From: an uncultured Alphaproteobacteria bacterium
GTDB taxonomy: Bacteria; Pseudomonadota; Alphaproteobacteria; Rhizobiales; Methyloligellaceae
Reading direction: 5' to 3'
NCBI GenBank assembly: GCA_963804515.1
Contig: CAWDQR010000008.1
Coordinates: 161,098-225,097 of the forward strand
Length of the DNA: 64,000 bases
Shown: piece after piece, positions 45,291 through 55,966 of the stretch
Layout: each line of letters begins with the position of its first letter
Numbering within the stretch: the stretch's first letter is position 1
Made by a program: the position numbers and the translations under genes
Notes under the pieces: model-generated
The model's input: the letters and a program-made list of their open reading frames with translations, nothing else
Told to the model about the DNA's origin: nothing
The model's database searches: none

Positions 45291-45608
45291 ATGGATGCAG
45301 TGTTCAAGGCGCTGGCCGATGCCAGCCGGAGGCAATTGCTGGATCGGCTGCACACGCAGAACGGCCAGACGCTCGGCGAGCTGTGCAGGGGTCTCGACAT
45401 GACGCGGCAGGCGGTGACCAAGCACCTGGCGCTGCTCAAAGCCGCCAATCTTGTGGTTGCCAAGCGGCGGGGACGGGAGAAGCTCCACTACATCAACCCG
45501 ATCCCCATCAACGAGATCGCGGAGCGTTGGATCGGCAAATACGAGCGGCACCGGCTCAAGGCGTTGAGCGAGTTGAAGCGAGCGTTGGAGGAGGGAAGCG
45601 ATGAGTAA
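45291..45608 (+). CDS. ArsR/SmtB-family regulator
   Basis: VFKALADASRRQLLD.L, MTRQAVTKHL..L..ANLV, GREKLHY.N. Confidence 0.93.
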   Translation: MDAVFKALADASRRQLLDRLHTQNGQTLGELCRGLDMTRQAVTKHLALLKAANLVVAKRRGREKLHYINPIPINEIAERWIGKYERHRLKALSELKRALEEGSDE

Positions 45609-46075
45609 ACCGACTTTCGTCTACGTCACCTACATTGGGAGCAGGCCGGAGAAGGTCTGGCAGGCGCTGACCGACGGTGAATTCACCAAGCAGCATTGGG
45701 GCAATCGTCGAAATGCGTCCGATTGGAAGGTCGGCTCTTCGTGGCGACACGAGGATTTCGACGATGCGAGTCTTGTGGACATCGTCGGCACGGTGGTCGA
45801 GAGCTCGCCGCCGCGGCGGCTCGTGATTAGTTGGGCGTTTCCGAAGGATGCAGGGAATCCCCAAAAGACCTCCCGCGGCGCCTTCGATATCGAGACCTAT
45901 GGCGATGCGGTGCGCCTGACCGTTACCCCATTCCGAGCTCGAGCCCGACTCCCCGATGCTGCTTGGAGTCTCGAAAGGTTGGCCGCTCGTGCTATCGAGC
46001 CTGAAATCACTACTGGAGACGGATGAGCCCTTGCCCGGAACCACAAAGCGCACGACGCGGCGGCCGCCTAAGTGA
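45601..46075 (+). CDS. SRPBCC (AHSA1-like) protein, +1 frameshift in C run near 45926
   Basis: VYVTYI...EKVWQALTD; removing one C restores VRLTVTHSELE...GWPLVLSSLKSLLET. Confidence 0.85.
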
Positions 46076-46188
46076 GGCTGTGGTAGGCGAAGCGCGCGAA
46101 ATATGCCTTCCTCAGTCATGCTCCCACTCATCTTCCAATCCCGAGCCGCGATAGGGTAGACAGGGGCAAGCTCGAAACCGGAGGCGAC

Positions 46189-46533
46189 ATGCGCGGTCTG
46201 GCTTTCCTCGTTGGGGCTCTTGCCCTCTCCGCCGCCACGCGGCGTCACGCCCCTCGGCGGCGGATCGGCAGCATGCGTCATGCAGCGATCGCGATGCCGG
46301 AGCTCATCCAGCTTCCGCCGGTCAGCGTGCCCGCAGCTGCGGCCGGCGCTCTCGCGCTTGGCGCGCTGGCGGTCGGCGCCCTGGCCATTGGCGCGCTTGC
46401 CATCGGGAGGCTCGAGATCCGCAAGGCGCGGCTCCGCGAGGTCGAGATCGACGACCTCACCGTGCGCCGGTTCCGCATCGTCGATGCGCCGGCGCACGAT
46501 GGAGAGCCGGCAACGCCGACGGCCAAGGCGTGA
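46189..46533 (+). CDS. hypothetical protein with (GALAx)n repeat helix
   Basis: RBS GGAGG; GALALGALAVGALAIGALAIGRLEIRKARLREVEIDDLTV. Confidence 0.65.
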   Translation: MRGLAFLVGALALSAATRRHAPRRRIGSMRHAAIAMPELIQLPPVSVPAAAAGALALGALAVGALAIGALAIGRLEIRKARLREVEIDDLTVRRFRIVDAPAHDGEPATPTAKA

Positions 46534-46616
46534 AGCGACCCGAGCTTGTCGGACGGGACCTGACAAGCGCTGTCATGACGGGAAGATAGGCTGCTTGGCA
46601 AAGGGGGATTGAAACC

Positions 46617-47117
46617 ATGTCGCTCCTAGTTGTTCGCTTCGTCGTCGTCCTGCTCGCGGCGCTGTCGCTCAGCTTTGGCATCGGGCACCTCATGGAGCTG
46701 CCCGCGCGCATGGCCTGGGACCAATATCTGTGGGTCGGTTCGACGGCGCAGGGCGGGGTCTACCGGCTATCTGGACCGCTCGGCGTCCTGTTCCAAGTCA
46801 CCACCCTCATCGCACTGATCGTGCTTGCCGTGCTGGTGCGCAGCCGCGGCGCGGGCGGATTTGCGCTCACGGTCGCCGCCGCCGCGCTGTTCGCGACGGG
46901 TCTCCTGTTCTGGTGGATCATGGTCTATCCGGTGAATGTCGAGCTCGCCACATGGGTCAACGGTCCGGTGCCTCCGAATTGGACGGAATGGCGCGCGATC
47001 TGGGAATGGGGCCAGTCGGCGAACGGGGTGTTGATGCTTGCGGGCTTCGCCGCGCTGGTGGCCTCGGTGATTGCTAAAGGGCGACCGCCAAAGACCCCTG
47101 GAGCTCAGGCTGCATAA
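46617..47117 (+). CDS. 4-TM membrane protein, DUF1772-like
   Basis: GHLMELP, YPVN..L..W, W..WRA.WE.. Confidence 0.7.
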   Translation: MSLLVVRFVVVLLAALSLSFGIGHLMELPARMAWDQYLWVGSTAQGGVYRLSGPLGVLFQVTTLIALIVLAVLVRSRGAGGFALTVAAAALFATGLLFWWIMVYPVNVELATWVNGPVPPNWTEWRAIWEWGQSANGVLMLAGFAALVASVIAKGRPPKTPGAQAA

Positions 47118-47330
47118 GGGGTGGCGCTGTCACCGCATCGTCGCAGCCTGCTGCTAGCATGTCGGGTGCACTCTTGCGCCCGATCGCGACGGCGGTTTTC
47201 CCTAGCGACGTGCTTTGAGTAAATTCTTCCAAAGGCTCAATCGCATGCCGCCGCAACGGTCTTGCAGTGGCGCCTGAGCCCGTACAAAGTGTCGGCCAAT
47301 CAAAACACTTAGGCGTCTGGGAGAAACGTC

Positions 47331-49028
47331 ATGACGAGCGTGGGAGGGGTGGCTGCCGACGACCGTGTCGGCCTACTGGACAAAGAGCGCATTATCGCGC
47401 CCGCCGATTACAACCGTTGGCTCGTCCCGCCGGCGGCACTTGCGATCCATCTCTGCATCGGCATGGCCTATGGCTTCAGCGTGTTTTGGGTGCCGCTCGG
47501 GCGCGCTCTCGGGGTCGCCGCGGGGACCGGAAAGCCGATCGTCTGCCCAGGCGACGCCACGACCTTTTTTGGCAAGGTCGCAATAACGGCGCATGCGCTG
47601 TTCGCCACCGACTGCGACTGGACCCAGTTCGACCTCGGCTGGATGTTCACGCTGTTCTTCGTCCTACTCGGCACCTCGGCAGCCCTCTGGGGCGGCTGGC
47701 TCGAGCGAGTCGGCCCACGCAAAGCGGGCGTTGTCGCGGCGCTGTGCTGGTGCGGCGGCCTCCTGATCTCGGCGGTCGGCGTCTATATCCACCAGCTTTG
47801 GCTGATGTGGCTCGGCTCGGGCGTGATCGGGGGCGTGGGGCTCGGCCTCGGCTACATTTCGCCCGTCTCAACCCTGATCAAATGGTTCCCGGACCGGCGC
47901 GGCATGGCCACGGGCATGGCGATCATGGGGTTTGGCGGGGGCGCCATGATCGGCAGCCCGCTGGCGACCATCCTTATGGAGCATTTCAAGACCCCGACCG
48001 ATGTTGGTGTTTGGCAAACCTTCGTGGCCTTGGGCGTGATCTATTTCATGTTCATGCTGGGCGGTGCGTTCGGCTATCGGCTGCCGCCGGCGGGCTGGCA
48101 ACCAGCGGGCTGGACGCCGCCCACCAACGCCAAGGCGATGATCACGACCGGAAACGTCCACCTCAGGGACGCCCACAAGACGCTGCAATTCTGGCTGATC
48201 TGGGCGGTGCTCTGCCTCAACGTCTCCGCTGGCATCGGCATCATCGGGGCGGCCTCGCCCATGCTGCAGGAGACCTTCGGCGGCAGGCTGTTCGGTGATC
48301 CCTCGGTCGGCTTCGCCCAATTCAACGACGCGCAAAAGGCGCAGGCGGCGCTGGTGGGCGCCGCGTTTGTCGGACTGTTCTCGCTGTTCAACATCGCGGG
48401 CCGGTTCTTCTGGGCGTCGCTCTCCGACAAGATCGGGCGGAAGATGACCTATTACACGTTCTTTACGCTAGGCTTTCTCTGCTATGCGCTAGCGCCCACG
48501 CTGGCGACCCTCGGCATGCTCGGGGTGTTCGCTGCTGCTTTCTGCCTCATCGCCTCGATGTATGGGGGCGGTTTCGCCACGATCCCGGCCTATCTTGCCG
48601 ACATCTTCGGCACCCAGTTTGTCGGCGCCATCCACGGAAGGCTGCTCACGGCGTGGTCGACCGCCGGCATCGTGGGACCGGTCATCGTCAACTACATGCA
48701 TGACAACCGCGTTGCCGCGGGCATCGCGCCGGATCGGATCTATCACCCGATCTTCTACGTGCTTGCAGGCCTTCTGGTCGCGGGCTTCGTCGCCAACCTG
48801 CTCATCCGGCCTTTGGACAAGAAGTGGTTCATGAAGGATGAAGAGGTGAAGGCGCTTCAGGCGGCAGAGGCAAGGGCGGCGGCAGCGGCGGCAGGCGTCA
48901 AGACAGTCTCCGCCAAGGCCGGAGGCGGTGTTGACGTGACGGCAATCCTCGCCTGGGCAGCCGTCGGCATCCCCCTTGCCTGGGGCATCTGGATCACGCT
49001 GGCAAAGGCTCTCGTGCTCTTCCAGTAG
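47331..49028 (+). CDS. OFA (oxalate/formate antiporter) family MFS transporter
   Basis: NRWLVPPAALAIHLCIGMAYGFSVFW, KWFPDRRGMATG, YGGGFATIPAYLAD.FG. Confidence 0.93.
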   Translation: MTSVGGVAADDRVGLLDKERIIAPADYNRWLVPPAALAIHLCIGMAYGFSVFWVPLGRALGVAAGTGKPIVCPGDATTFFGKVAITAHALFATDCDWTQFDLGWMFTLFFVLLGTSAALWGGWLERVGPRKAGVVAALCWCGGLLISAVGVYIHQLWLMWLGSGVIGGVGLGLGYISPVSTLIKWFPDRRGMATGMAIMGFGGGAMIGSPLATILMEHFKTPTDVGVWQTFVALGVIYFMFMLGGAFGYRLPPAGWQPAGWTPPTNAKAMITTGNVHLRDAHKTLQFWLIWAVLCLNVSAGIGIIGAASPMLQETFGGRLFGDPSVGFAQFNDAQKAQAALVGAAFVGLFSLFNIAGRFFWASLSDKIGRKMTYYTFFTLGFLCYALAPTLATLGMLGVFAAAFCLIASMYGGGFATIPAYLADIFGTQFVGAIHGRLLTAWSTAGIVGPVIVNYMHDNRVAAGIAPDRIYHPIFYVLAGLLVAGFVANLLIRPLDKKWFMKDEEVKALQAAEARAAAAAAGVKTVSAKAGGGVDVTAILAWAAVGIPLAWGIWITLAKALVLFQ

Positions 49029-49221
49029 AGGTGGTAACCCGGTAGCCTCTATATCTAGTGGCCGATCAGGGATTTTCCTCAGGCGATGGCGGAAATATTG
49101 CCACATCTTCTCGTTCAGAATTTCTTAATGTGGCATTCAGGGGCCGTTCATGGACTCGTCATGCGGCTCTCATGCCCTCACCCCATACTTTAACACTGTA
49201 AGTTCACCGAAGGAGACGACC

Positions 49222-49311
49222 ATGAAAGAGTGGCTGAAACCCGAGATCACCGAGTCCGAGGCTGGCATGGAAGTGACGAGCTACCTCCCGGCCGAGCTGG
49301 ACCGCGCTTAA
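49222..49311 (+). CDS. pqqA: PQQ precursor peptide PqqA (29 aa, not in ORF track)
   Basis: MKEWLKPEITESEAGMEVTSYLPAELDRA: WxxP leader and E17-V-T-S-Y21 (ExxxY) core; RBS AAGGAG; own terminator. Confidence 0.92.
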   Translation: MKEWLKPEITESEAGMEVTSYLPAELDRA

Positions 49312-49343
49312 TTCCAAAGCGTCGATCTTTATAGAGTTTGCTA

Positions 49344-49382
49344 AGTGACGGCCTCCGCGAAAGCGGGGGCCGTCACTGTTTT
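49344..49382 (+). terminator. terminator after pqqA
   Basis: AGTGACGGCCTCCGC-GAAA-GCGGGGGCCGTCACT followed by GTTTT. Confidence 0.85.
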
Positions 49383-49607
49383 GGCGCCCGCTTCTAGCCG
49401 CTCGCAGTCAAGACTGACCCGCTCCGTCCGCGAGCATTGACCCCACACTTGATCGCGGGCCGAACGATCCTGCATGGTGTCGCTGGGTATCGTTGTCCAA
49501 AGCCGGAGCCCTAACAGCGAGAGGTGACAGGGGCGGGCAGCTCCCTCTATGGTCCCTCCCGGCCCATCATGGGTCGCCCCCTCAAGCGCGCTAAGAGGTC
49601 TTCCGTC

Positions 49608-49927
49608 ATGGCCTGGGCTTATCTGATCCTCGCTGGACTGTTCGAGATCGTCTTCGCCTCGACGCTGAAGCTCGCCGAGGGCTTCACCAAGCCGCTGGCG
49701 ACCGTCGTTTTCCTCGTCTCGATCGTGGCGAGCTTTCTGCTCCTGTCCCGCGCGGCACGAGGGCTACCGATCGGCACGGCCTTGCGGTGTGGACCGGCAT
49801 CGGCGCCGCGGGTACGGTCATTGTCGGCATGATCCTCTATGACGAGCCGGCAACGGCGCTCCGCCTGTTCTTCCTTACGACGCTGATCGGCTCCATCATC
49901 GGTCTCAAACTCGCCTCACCCACATGA
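49608..49927 (+). pseudogene. SMR/DMT transporter (SugE/Gdx-like), 1-nt deletion near 49780
   Basis: MAWAYLILAGLFEIVFA..LK.AEGFTK; GTA[Y]AVWTGIGAAGT resumes in another frame. Confidence 0.85.
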
Positions 49928-51000
49928 ACGAATTGACTCCGCCCCCAATGAGCAAGGAAAGCGCCGGCAATTTCTTCGAGGACTTCACGCTCGGCCAGGA
50001 GATCGTGCACGCCACGCCCCGCACGGTGACGGTGGGCGATGCGAGCCTGTTCACCGCGCTTTACGGCTCGCGCTTCGCCGTGCAGTCCTCTGATGAGTTC
50101 GCGCGCGCGATCGGTTATCCGGCCGCGCCGATCGACGACATGCTCGTGTTTCACATCGTGCTCGGCAAGACCGTGCCCGACATCTCCCGCAACGCGATCG
50201 CCAATCTCGGCTATGCCGATTTGCGCTTCTTGAAGCCGGTCTATCCCGGCGACACGCTGGCCTCCACCACCGAAATCATTGGGCTCAAGGAGAATTCCAA
50301 CCGCAAGAGCGGCACGGTCTATGTGCGCTCCACCGGGCGCAATCAGAGGGGGGAGCCCGTGCTCAGCTTCTCCCGCTGGGTGATGGTGAATAAGCGCGAC
50401 GAGAGCGCGCCGGCCCCCGCCCCCCACGTGCCGGAGCTGATCGCCCAGGTTGAGCCCGGACGCCTCGGCGAGGCGCTGCCGAAGCTGAAGCTCGGCGCCT
50501 ACGACTTCGCGCTTGCGGGCTCGGCCAAGCGATGGGGCAATTATCGGATCGGCGACCGGATCGACCATGTCGACGGCCAGACCATCGAGGAGGCCGAGCA
50601 CCAGCTCGCCACGCGCCTCTACCAGAACACGGCGCGGGTGCATTTCAATCAGCACATCGAAGCCCAAGGCCGCTTCAAGCGCCGCATCGTCTATGGCGGC
50701 CATGTTATTTCCATCGCGCGGGCCTTGAGCTTCAATGGCCTCGCCAATGCCTTCCATCTCGCCGCCCTCAATGGCGGGCGGCATGTGGCGCCCTCTTTTG
50801 CCGGCGACACCATCTATGCCTGGAGCGAGGTCACCGATAGAGCCGAGCTTCCCGGCCGGGCCGACATCGGCGCGCTCCGCTTACGCCTCTTTGCCGTCAA
50901 GGACCGGAACTGCGCCGACTTCCCGGGCCAGCGCGCCGACGGCAGCTACGAGGATGGCGTCGTGCTCGATCTCGATTGCTGGGTGGCGCTACCGCGCTAG
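49924..51000 (+). CDS. mch: mesaconyl-CoA (2-methylfumaryl-CoA) hydratase, double MaoC
   Basis: GNFFEDF..GQ.I.HATPRTVT.GD, GKTVPDIS.NAIANLGYA, YQNTARVHFN; lies upstream of sdhC. Confidence 0.85.
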   Translation: MNELTPPPMSKESAGNFFEDFTLGQEIVHATPRTVTVGDASLFTALYGSRFAVQSSDEFARAIGYPAAPIDDMLVFHIVLGKTVPDISRNAIANLGYADLRFLKPVYPGDTLASTTEIIGLKENSNRKSGTVYVRSTGRNQRGEPVLSFSRWVMVNKRDESAPAPAPHVPELIAQVEPGRLGEALPKLKLGAYDFALAGSAKRWGNYRIGDRIDHVDGQTIEEAEHQLATRLYQNTARVHFNQHIEAQGRFKRRIVYGGHVISIARALSFNGLANAFHLAALNGGRHVAPSFAGDTIYAWSEVTDRAELPGRADIGALRLRLFAVKDRNCADFPGQRADGSYEDGVVLDLDCWVALPR

Positions 51001-51006
51001 AGAGCC

Positions 51007-51525
51007 ATGGAACGCAAATCGGTGTTTGCCGCCGCCTTGCTTCTTGCGAGCCTCGCCTTTGCTACCCCCGCAGGCGCGGTCGATACCGCCACGGCGGTGC
51101 TGAAAGACGCAAGCGGCAAGGAGGTGGGCAAGGCCGTGTTGACCGAAACCCGGAGCGGGGTGCTGATCCGCCTCGACCTCACCGGCATTCCTCCCGGCGA
51201 CAATGCCTTTCACCTGCATGCGGTCGGCAAATGCGAGCCCCCCGACTTCAAATCGGCCGGCGGCCATTTCAATCCCGACGAGACCAAGCATGGGCTGATG
51301 AATGCCGAGGGTCCCCACGCGGGCGACATGCCCAATCTGCATGTGCCGGAGAGCGGCAAGCTCGTGGTTGAGGTGCTCGACGACCTGGTGACCCTCGACG
51401 TGGCGCATGCGCTGCTCGACGCGGACGGCTCCGCCCTCGTTATTCACGCGGGCGCCGACGACTATCAGACCGATCCGGCGGGCAATGCCGGGGACCGCAT
51501 CGCCTGCGACGTCGTCACGCAATAA
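51007..51525 (+). CDS. sodC: periplasmic Cu/Zn superoxide dismutase
   Basis: Signal peptide; FHLH, GGHFNP, KHG, PHAGD, VIHA ligands; GNAGDRIAC. Confidence 0.93.
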   Translation: MERKSVFAAALLLASLAFATPAGAVDTATAVLKDASGKEVGKAVLTETRSGVLIRLDLTGIPPGDNAFHLHAVGKCEPPDFKSAGGHFNPDETKHGLMNAEGPHAGDMPNLHVPESGKLVVEVLDDLVTLDVAHALLDADGSALVIHAGADDYQTDPAGNAGDRIACDVVTQ

Positions 51526-51663
51526 CACCCACCCGGCTTGCTTGTCCGGACCTGGCCCGAGTGAGGCGCGTCAAAGCTCCCTGGCCCGGTCGATTGCCCC
51601 CTTCGGGCCGGTACGTTATGACTTGTTTCGAACCTCCAAGACCTGGCCAAGCAAGACATCCTC

Positions 51664-52071
51664 ATGGGCAACAGTAATCTCGAAGCGCGGCGCCCGCTCT
51701 CGCCGCATCTCCAGATCTACCGGCCGATGCTCACCATGATGATGTCGATCGCCCATCGGCTCAGCGGAGCGGCGCTCGCCACCGGCTTCGTGCTGCTCGC
51801 CTGGTGGCTCGTCGCCATCAGCGCCGGGCCAGAGCCCTTCGCCACTGTCAACCGCTTCTTCGCCAGCATTCCGGGGCGCGTCTTGCTCTTCCTCTATAGC
51901 TGGGCCCTGATCCACCACATGCTGGGCGGCATCCGCCATTTGATCTGGGACACGGGCCGCGGATTGGACAAGGTAAGCATCGAGGCATTCGCTTGGGCGA
52001 CCATCATCGGCTCGACCGCGCTCACGCTCTTACTCTGGGTCGCCGGCTATTGGCTGAGGGGGGCCGCGTAA
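51664..52071 (+). CDS. sdhC: succinate dehydrogenase cytochrome b556 subunit
   Basis: RPLSPHLQIYR, SIAHRLSG, HHMLGGIRHL.WD. Confidence 0.97.
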   Translation: MGNSNLEARRPLSPHLQIYRPMLTMMMSIAHRLSGAALATGFVLLAWWLVAISAGPEPFATVNRFFASIPGRVLLFLYSWALIHHMLGGIRHLIWDTGRGLDKVSIEAFAWATIIGSTALTLLLWVAGYWLRGAA

Positions 52072-52074
52072 GCC

Positions 52075-52449
52075 ATGGCGACGCCCCTTGCCAAAGTACG
52101 CGGCCTAGGCTCCGCCCATCGCGGGGTGGAGACCTTCTGGCGCCAGCGGATGACGGCGGTCGCCAACATCCCGCTCGTGATCTTCCTAATCCTCTCGATC
52201 GTCACCCATATCGGCGCCGATTACGCGATGGTCAGGGCGTATCTGGCGCAACCGCTCGTGGCCTTGGCCATGCTCGCACTCGTGATCTCGGCGTCGATCC
52301 ATATGCGCATCGGCTTGAAGGAGATCATCGAGGATTACATGCATGGTGAGGGGGCGAAAGTGGCGGCGCTGCTGCTCGCGAATTTCTTCGCCGTCGGCGT
52401 CGGCCTCGCTTCTGCGCTTGCCCTCGTGAAGATCAGTCTCGGAACCTGA
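52075..52449 (+). CDS. sdhD: succinate dehydrogenase anchor subunit
   Basis: GLGSAH.G...FWRQRMTA, HMRIGL.EIIEDY. Confidence 0.97.
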   Translation: MATPLAKVRGLGSAHRGVETFWRQRMTAVANIPLVIFLILSIVTHIGADYAMVRAYLAQPLVALAMLALVISASIHMRIGLKEIIEDYMHGEGAKVAALLLANFFAVGVGLASALALVKISLGT

Positions 52450-52455
52450 AGTCCC

Positions 52456-54288
52456 ATGCCGCAAGACGCCGCGTCCGAACGCGCACCCAGCATCAACGGC
52501 CGCGCCTATCCGCTGATCGACCACAGTTATGACGTGGTGGTGATCGGCGCTGGCGGCGCAGGGTTGCGCGCGGTGGTCGGCTGCAGCGAGGCGGGACTGC
52601 GAACGGCCTGCATCACCAAGGTGTTCCCCACGCGCTCCCACACCGTGGCGGCGCAAGGCGGCATCGCCGCGGCGCTCGGCAATATGGGTCCCGACGATTG
52701 GCGCTGGCACATGTACGACACGGTGAAGGGATCGGACTGGCTCGGCGACCAGGACGCCATCGAATATCTCTGCCGCAGCGCCCCGGAAGCGGTTTACGAG
52801 CTCGAGCATTGGGGCGTGCCCTTCTCGCGCACCGACGATGGCAAGATCCTGCAACGCGCCTTTGGCGGCATGACCACCAATTTCGGCAAGGGCCAGGCGC
52901 TCCGCACCTGTGCCGCCGCCGACCGGACCGGCCACGCCATGCTGCACACCATGTACGGCCAAGCGCTGCGGCATTCGGCGGAGTTCTTCATCGAATATTT
53001 CGCCATCGACCTGATCATGGACGATGAGGGGCGCTGCCGCGGGGTGATGGCGCTCTCCATGCAGGACGGCACCCTGCATCGATTCCACGCCACTCAGGTG
53101 ATCCTCGCCACCGGCGGCTATGGCCGCGCCTATTTCTCCTGCACGTCCGCCCATATCTGCACCGGCGACGGCAACGCCATGGTATTGCGCGCCGGCCTGC
53201 CGTTACAGGACATGGAGTTCGTGCAGTTCCACCCGACCGGCGTCTATGGCGCAGGCGTGCTAATCACCGAAGGCGCGCGCGGCGAGGGCGGCTTCATCAC
53301 CAATTCAGAAGGCGAGCGCTTCATGGAACGCTACGCGCCTCACGCCAAAGACCTCGCCTCGCGCGACGTGGTCTCCCGCGCCATGACCATCGAGATCCGC
53401 GAGGGCCGCGGCACCGGGCCCGACAAGGAGCACATGCATCTGCATTTGGGCCATCTCGATCCGGTCATGCTGGCGGAACGGCTGCCCGGCATCACCGATT
53501 TGGCGCGCATCTTCGCCGGAGTGGATCTCGCCCGCGAGCCGATCCCGGTGCTGCCCACTGCCCATTACAATATGGGCGGCATCCCCACTAATCTGCACGG
53601 CGAGGTCGTTTGCCCCCGCGACGGCGACCCCGATGCGGTCGTGCCCGGCCTGTTCGCCGTGGGCGAGACGGCTTGCGCCTCGGTGCATGGGGCGAACCGC
53701 CTGGGCTCCAACTCGCTCGTCGACCTCGTCGTGTTCGGGAGGGCGGCGGCGCAACGCTGCGCCGAGACCATCAAGGAGCAAGGCTCCATGCCCGAGCTGC
53801 CGAAGGACGCGGGCGAAAATGCCATCGCCCGCCTCGACCACTTCCGCTACGCCGATGGCGGCACGCCTACCGCGGCGCTGCGGCTCAAGATGCAGAAGAC
53901 CATGCAGCGGGACTGCTCCGTGTTCCGCACCGCGGAGGTGTTGAAGGAAGGCGTGCGCCAAATCCACGCGGTGTGGGAGGAGAGCGCCGACATCCGCGTC
54001 ACCGACCGCTCGCTGATCTGGAACACGGACCTGATCGAGACGCTCGAATTCGACAACCTCATCTCCCAGTCGGCGGTGACGGTGGCGGGCGCGCTCGCCC
54101 GGGAAGAGAGCCGCGGGGCGCATGCGCGGGAGGACTTCCCCAAGCGCGACGACGTCAATTGGATGAAGCACACTTTGTCCTGGGCCGATGACGAGGACCG
54201 CCAGGTGCGCCTCGACTACCGGCCGGTGCACAGCTACACGCTCTCCAGCGAGATCGCCTATATCGAGCCGAAGGAGCGGGTGTACTGA
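52456..54288 (+). CDS. sdhA: succinate dehydrogenase flavoprotein
   Basis: [28 protein letters not shown]. Confidence 0.99.
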   Translation: MPQDAASERAPSINGRAYPLIDHSYDVVVIGAGGAGLRAVVGCSEAGLRTACITKVFPTRSHTVAAQGGIAAALGNMGPDDWRWHMYDTVKGSDWLGDQDAIEYLCRSAPEAVYELEHWGVPFSRTDDGKILQRAFGGMTTNFGKGQALRTCAAADRTGHAMLHTMYGQALRHSAEFFIEYFAIDLIMDDEGRCRGVMALSMQDGTLHRFHATQVILATGGYGRAYFSCTSAHICTGDGNAMVLRAGLPLQDMEFVQFHPTGVYGAGVLITEGARGEGGFITNSEGERFMERYAPHAKDLASRDVVSRAMTIEIREGRGTGPDKEHMHLHLGHLDPVMLAERLPGITDLARIFAGVDLAREPIPVLPTAHYNMGGIPTNLHGEVVCPRDGDPDAVVPGLFAVGETACASVHGANRLGSNSLVDLVVFGRAAAQRCAETIKEQGSMPELPKDAGENAIARLDHFRYADGGTPTAALRLKMQKTMQRDCSVFRTAEVLKEGVRQIHAVWEESADIRVTDRSLIWNTDLIETLEFDNLISQSAVTVAGALAREESRGAHAREDFPKRDDVNWMKHTLSWADDEDRQVRLDYRPVHSYTLSSEIAYIEPKERVY

Positions 54289-54290
54289 CC

Positions 54291-55079
54291 ATGGTTCAAT
54301 TCACGCTTCCCCAGAACTCCAAGGTCAAACAGGGCAAGGCCTGGAATCCGCCGCCTGACGGCGCGGAAGCGGGCCGCTTTCGCGAATATCGCGTCTATCG
54401 CTTCGATCCCGAGGGGGGCGAGAACCCGCGGCTCGACACTTATTGGGTGGACAGCGCCGATTGCGGCCCGATGGTTCTCGACGCGCTGATCTGGATCAAG
54501 AACACCATCGACCCCACACTCACCTTCCGCCGCTCCTGCCGCGAAGGCGTGTGCGGGTCCTGCTCCATGAATATCGGCGGGACCAATACGCTCGCCTGCA
54601 CGCTGCATGCGGACGACGCGCCGGAGCGGATCGCGATCTATCCGCTGCCGCATTTGCCGGTGATCAAGGACCTCGTCCCCGACCTCACCCATTTCTATGC
54701 CCAGCACCGCTCCATCGAGCCCTGGCTCAAGACCGACACGCCGACGCCGCAGAAAGAATGGCGGCAGTCGCGCGAGGACCGTCACAAGCTCGACGGGCTT
54801 TATGAGTGCATCCTCTGCGCCTGCTGCTCGACCGCCTGCCCGTCCTATTGGTGGAACGGCGACCGCTACCTCGGCCCCGCCATCCTGCTCCAGGCCGAGC
54901 GCTGGGTGGAGGACAGCCGAGATGAGCGCACGGGCGAGCGGCTCGACGAGCTTGAGGACCCCTTCCGCCTCTATCGCTGCCACACCATCCTGAACTGCAC
55001 CAAGGCCTGCCCCAAGGGACTGAACCCAGCCAAGGCGATCGCCTCGCTCAAGCAGAAGATGTTGGAGCGGGGCGAATGA
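54291..55079 (+). CDS. sdhB: succinate dehydrogenase Fe-S subunit
   Basis: [34 protein letters not shown]. Confidence 0.99.
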   Translation: MVQFTLPQNSKVKQGKAWNPPPDGAEAGRFREYRVYRFDPEGGENPRLDTYWVDSADCGPMVLDALIWIKNTIDPTLTFRRSCREGVCGSCSMNIGGTNTLACTLHADDAPERIAIYPLPHLPVIKDLVPDLTHFYAQHRSIEPWLKTDTPTPQKEWRQSREDRHKLDGLYECILCACCSTACPSYWWNGDRYLGPAILLQAERWVEDSRDERTGERLDELEDPFRLYRCHTILNCTKACPKGLNPAKAIASLKQKMLERGE

Positions 55080-55462
55080 TTGATCATATCGGCCTGCATG
55101 TGCACGACGTCGCCAAGGCGACCGAGTTCTACCTGAAGGCGCTCGCGCCGCTTGGCATTGGTATCGTGATGCAGGTCGGGGTGGAGGAGACAGGGGGCAG
55201 CGCCCATGTCGGCTTCGGCGCGGGGCAGAAGCCGTTCTTCTGGATCGGGGAGAGCGAGGAGGCGAGCGGGCCTTTGCATATCGCCTTCGCCACGGCAAGC
55301 CGTGCCGCCGTCGATGCCTTCTATCAGGCCGCGATCAAGGGCGGCGGCACCGACAATGGGCGCCCGGGTCTCCGGCCCGACTATCACGCTAATTATTACG
55401 GCGCCTTCGTGCTCGATCTCGACGGCAACAATATCGAGGCGGTCTGCCACCTGCCCGAGTGA
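55076..55462 (+). CDS. VOC/glyoxalase family protein
   Basis: [28 protein letters not shown]. Confidence 0.93.
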   Translation: MIDHIGLHVHDVAKATEFYLKALAPLGIGIVMQVGVEETGGSAHVGFGAGQKPFFWIGESEEASGPLHIAFATASRAAVDAFYQAAIKGGGTDNGRPGLRPDYHANYYGAFVLDLDGNNIEAVCHLPE

Positions 55463-55483
55463 GCCCGGGATCCCGCGCCGCGC

Positions 55484-55966
55484 TTACCGCCGGGCGCAAT
55501 TCGGGAGCGAGAAGGTGCAGGGCTCCGGCAGCTGCACGGGCAACAGCTCCCCGGTCTTTGAGTCCTTCTTCTCCGTGTAGGGACTGATCACCCCGCGGGG
55601 AGCGAAGCTTGCCCGGACGAGGCGTCCACCTTCGAATACGAGGCTCGCGGTGCAGTCGTAGTTCTTGTCGGACTTCTTCGGCGCGAGCGGGTTGGCTCCG
55701 CCCGAATTGTCTTGCTTCTTTTGCTCCGGCGGTGCGGGCACGGGACCTGCACCGCTGTAATGATAGGTGAGCGTCTCGCCAGTGCTTTGGGCATAGCTGC
55801 TATAGGGCGCACCGGCGCAAGCGATGATCTCCTCCTTACTCATGCCGACATAGGGCTTGCTGGGGTCGCCCATGATGGCGCGCTCCAACGTGGCCTTGGG
55901 CGCTTGGCAAGCGCCGGCGCAAAGGCCAGCGCCTACGACTGCCAAGAAAGCCCGGAATGCGCCCAT
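55484..55966 (-). CDS. putative lipoprotein
   Basis: Lipobox-like LCAGAC; GMSKEEIIACAG.P (BamE/SmpA-like start). Confidence 0.7.
   Translation of the reverse strand: MGAFRAFLAVVGAGLCAGACQAPKATLERAIMGDPSKPYVGMSKEEIIACAGAPYSSYAQSTGETLTYHYSGAGPVPAPPEQKKQDNSGGANPLAPKKSDKNYDCTASLVFEGGRLVRASFAPRGVISPYTEKKDSKTGELLPVQLPEPCTFSLPNCARR

Noticed and set aside
47331-49311. MFS transporter and pqqA as a dedicated peptide-export system
   Set aside because: The MFS is an ordinary OFA-family member, ~190 bp separate the genes, and pqqA looks monocistronic; PqqA is processed in the cytoplasm.
49400-49607. Guanidine riboswitch upstream of the SugE/Gdx-like gene
   Set aside because: I could not find paired ACGR-loop hairpins (class II) or recognisable class I/III consensus; an Rfam scan would settle it.
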